From Candidatus Omnitrophota bacterium (GTDB taxonomy: Bacteria > Omnitrophota > Gorgyraeia > Aquiviventales > Aquiviventaceae), in NCBI GenBank assembly GCA_016180575.1, contig JACPAY010000005.1:3234-67233 (forward strand): a DNA stretch of 64,000 nt, given 5' to 3'. Below, piece by piece: positions 62,390 through 64,000 of this stretch (its first letter is position 1; the number at the start of each line of letters is the position of its first letter). Below the pieces are notes generated by a model. The model was not told the DNA's origin and did not search any database. It saw only the letters and a list, made by a program, of their open reading frames with translations. A program made the position numbers and the translations under genes.

Positions 62390-63120
62390 GCGATCAGTTG
62401 TCCGCCATCAACGAATATGGTGGAGCCGGTCATGAAGTCGGTGCCCTCGATGAGGAACAGCACCGTGTTGACGATGTCCTGCGGGTCGCCCCACCGCCCG
62501 AGCGGGACGCGCCGGGCGATCCGCTCGCGCGCCGCCTGGCTCATCCTGCCCGGCGGCAGGATCGGTCCGGGCGCGATGGCGGTCACCTGGATGCCCGGGG
62601 CCAATTCCTTTGCAAGCGCCCGGGTCAGCCCGAGGACGCCCGCCTTGGAGACGCAGTAGGGCAGGTAGTCGCGATAGGGGCGCACCGCGGCCCAGTCCGC
62701 GAGGTTGATGATCTTGCCGCCGCCGCGAGCCCGCATGAGCCGGCTCGCATAGAGGGCGCACAGGAACGGCCCCTTGAGGTTGGCGTCGAGCGCGCGGTCC
62801 CAGTCGCGCTCCGTGAGCGCGCCGAAGGGCGTCCGGTCGAACGTGGCCGCGCTGTTGATGAGCACGTCCAGCCGCCCGAAGCGCCGCCTGACGCGCTCGA
62901 TGAGCCGGCGCACCTCATCGGCCCGCGACAGGTCCGCCCGGATCGCCAGCGCCTCGGCGCCGAGGCGCTCAAGCGCCGCCAGCGTCTGGCGGGCCTCCCG
63001 CGCGGAGGTCCGGTAGGAGAACGCGACGCGGGCCCGGCGCTCGGCCAGGGCGAGGGCGATGGCGCGCCCCAGCCGACGGGCGCCGCCCGTCACGAGCACC
63101 ACGCGGCCGTCAAGGGTCAT
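62386..63120 (-). CDS. SDR oxidoreductase, pteridine-reductase-like (PTR1/FolM type)
   Basis: VTGGARRLGRAIA cofactor motif and Y-x3-K (YCVSK). Context is folB/queD/queC. The stop codon lies in the right terminal repeat of element G. Confidence 0.7.
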   Translation of the reverse strand: MTLDGRVVLVTGGARRLGRAIALALAERRARVAFSYRTSAREARQTLAALERLGAEALAIRADLSRADEVRRLIERVRRRFGRLDVLINSAATFDRTPFGALTERDWDRALDANLKGPFLCALYASRLMRARGGGKIINLADWAAVRPYRDYLPYCVSKAGVLGLTRALAKELAPGIQVTAIAPGPILPPGRMSQAARERIARRVPLGRWGDPQDIVNTVLFLIEGTDFMTGSTIFVDGGQLIA

Positions 63121-63132
63121 CCCGGCCCTGCC

Positions 63133-63432
63133 TCAACCGGCCCGCTTCTGCAGCTGCTCGACCATCTTGTTGATCGACCGGGCCAGATCCTCCAGCGCAT
63201 CCCCCTGGCGCAGCTGGACGCGCTGCGAGAAGTCTCCCTGGCCGATGGCCTGCAGGGCCCGCTTCAGGCGGTTCATGGGCCCGATGACGCGGTGGCTCTG
63301 CCGGATCCCCAACATGAAGATCAGGGGGATCGCCAGGAGCAGCTCGACGAGGAGGGTGACGGCGATCGTGATGAGCGCGACAACCAGGATGCGCGCGTCG
63401 CGGTCCGGGGCGTAGAGGTTGTTCCAGACCAC
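63133..63432 (-). CDS. Small membrane-anchored HAMP-domain protein
   Basis: One TM, then the HAMP pattern IGPMNRLKRALQAIGQGDFSQRV....DALEDLARSINKM. GTG start inferred. Confidence 0.5.
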   Translation of the reverse strand: MVWNNLYAPDRDARILVVALITIAVTLLVELLLAIPLIFMLGIRQSHRVIGPMNRLKRALQAIGQGDFSQRVQLRQGDALEDLARSINKMVEQLQKRAG

Positions 63433-63498
63433 AGGTACTGCTTGCGCGGATGCGGCGGCTGGCCGGGCATGGCGCCGGCCAGTATAGCACGGTGCTGA

Positions 63499-63527
63499 TT
63501 GACTTTTCCACGACGGTTTGTTACTGT
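63499..63527 (+). promoter_or_regulatory. Candidate queC promoter
   Basis: TTGACT - 17 nt - TACTGT; ATG is 15 nt downstream. Confidence 0.4.
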
Positions 63528-63541
63528 GCAACTTTGGATGC

Positions 63542-64000
63542 ATGTCCAAACTCTTGACGCCCATCTGCGTGCTCGCAAGCGGCGGGCTCGACAGCGCAGC
63601 GCTCCTCATCCGATGCCTCAAGGCGGGCGGCCGGGTCGCTCCGCTCTACCTCCGGTGCGGGTTCGTCTGGGAGGCGGCTGAGCTGCACTGGCTCCGGCGC
63701 TTTCTCCGGTCGGTGCGGTCGCCTCGCCTCCTGCCGCTTCAGGTGCTGGATGTCCCGCTGCGCTCCACGTACGGCGCCCATTGGAGCTTGACCGGGCGCC
63801 GCGTCCCGGGGGCCTCCAGCGCGGACGAGGCGGTCTACCTCCCCGGCCGCAACGTGCTCCTGCTCGCTCACGCCGCCGTCCGCTGCGCCCAGCGGGGCAT
63901 CACGACGATCGCCATCGGCACGCTCGCGGGCAATCCCTTCGGCGACGGTTCGCCGCGCTTCTTCCGCGGGATGAGCGCCTGCCTCTCCCTGGCGCTGCGC
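63542..64000 (+). CDS. queC: 7-cyano-7-deazaguanine synthase, 3' end outside window
   Basis: VLASGGLDSAAL PP-loop. Frame is open from ATG 63542 to the window end (153 codons); absent from the ORF track because it has no stop. Confidence 0.85.
   Translation, partial: MSKLLTPICVLASGGLDSAALLIRCLKAGGRVAPLYLRCGFVWEAAELHWLRRFLRSVRSPRLLPLQVLDVPLRSTYGAHWSLTGRRVPGASSADEAVYLPGRNVLLLAHAAVRCAQRGITTIAIGTLAGNPFGDGSPRFFRGMSACLSLALR

Overview
GC-rich bacterial chromosomal window with GC3-saturated codons and about 73 tightly packed protein-coding genes, many joined by ATGA/TGATG overlaps. I found no rRNA, tRNA, CRISPR array, transposase, integrase or phage gene. Lineage cannot be assigned from the sequence alone. 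All calls come from reading the sequence and ORF track by eye, with protein families recognised from motifs. Hairpin and promoter coordinates may be off by a few nt, and no database search was run.

Main gene blocks:
- Futalosine-type menaquinone supercluster: mqnP/ubiA, ubiX, ubiD-like, mqnE, mqnA and mqnC, with mqnD on the opposite strand.
- Trehalose block: otsA, otsB, a DUF5752-like gene, treT-like, HAD and ferredoxin genes.
- cstA with an APC permease.
- Ni-superoxide dismutase sodN with its protease sodX.
- PEP-CTERM and AsmA envelope genes.
- Aconitase, H+-pyrophosphatase and an alanine symporter.
- A decayed marR-tolC-acrB efflux operon.
- A partial NDH-1 cluster in the order nuoA-B-C-D-I-H, with no nuoEFG.
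- Acetyl-CoA synthetase.
- A pterin/queuosine module: folB, queD, a PTR1-like SDR and queC.

What stands out is non-coding structure rather than a gene cluster:
1. At least eight families of palindromic or inverted-repeat elements, about 27 copies in total. They sit exactly at gene boundaries and often supply start or stop codons. One family is inserted in frame inside two unrelated ORFs.
2. A c-di-GMP-I (GEMM-I) riboswitch lies upstream of a DUF948-like/YtxH operon.
3. Four 11-bp iterons abut a TATAAT box upstream of two small ORFs.
4. Three genes between 38 and 49 kb carry internal deletions of roughly 50-60 codons.
5. Several promoters with canonical -10 boxes appear leaderless.
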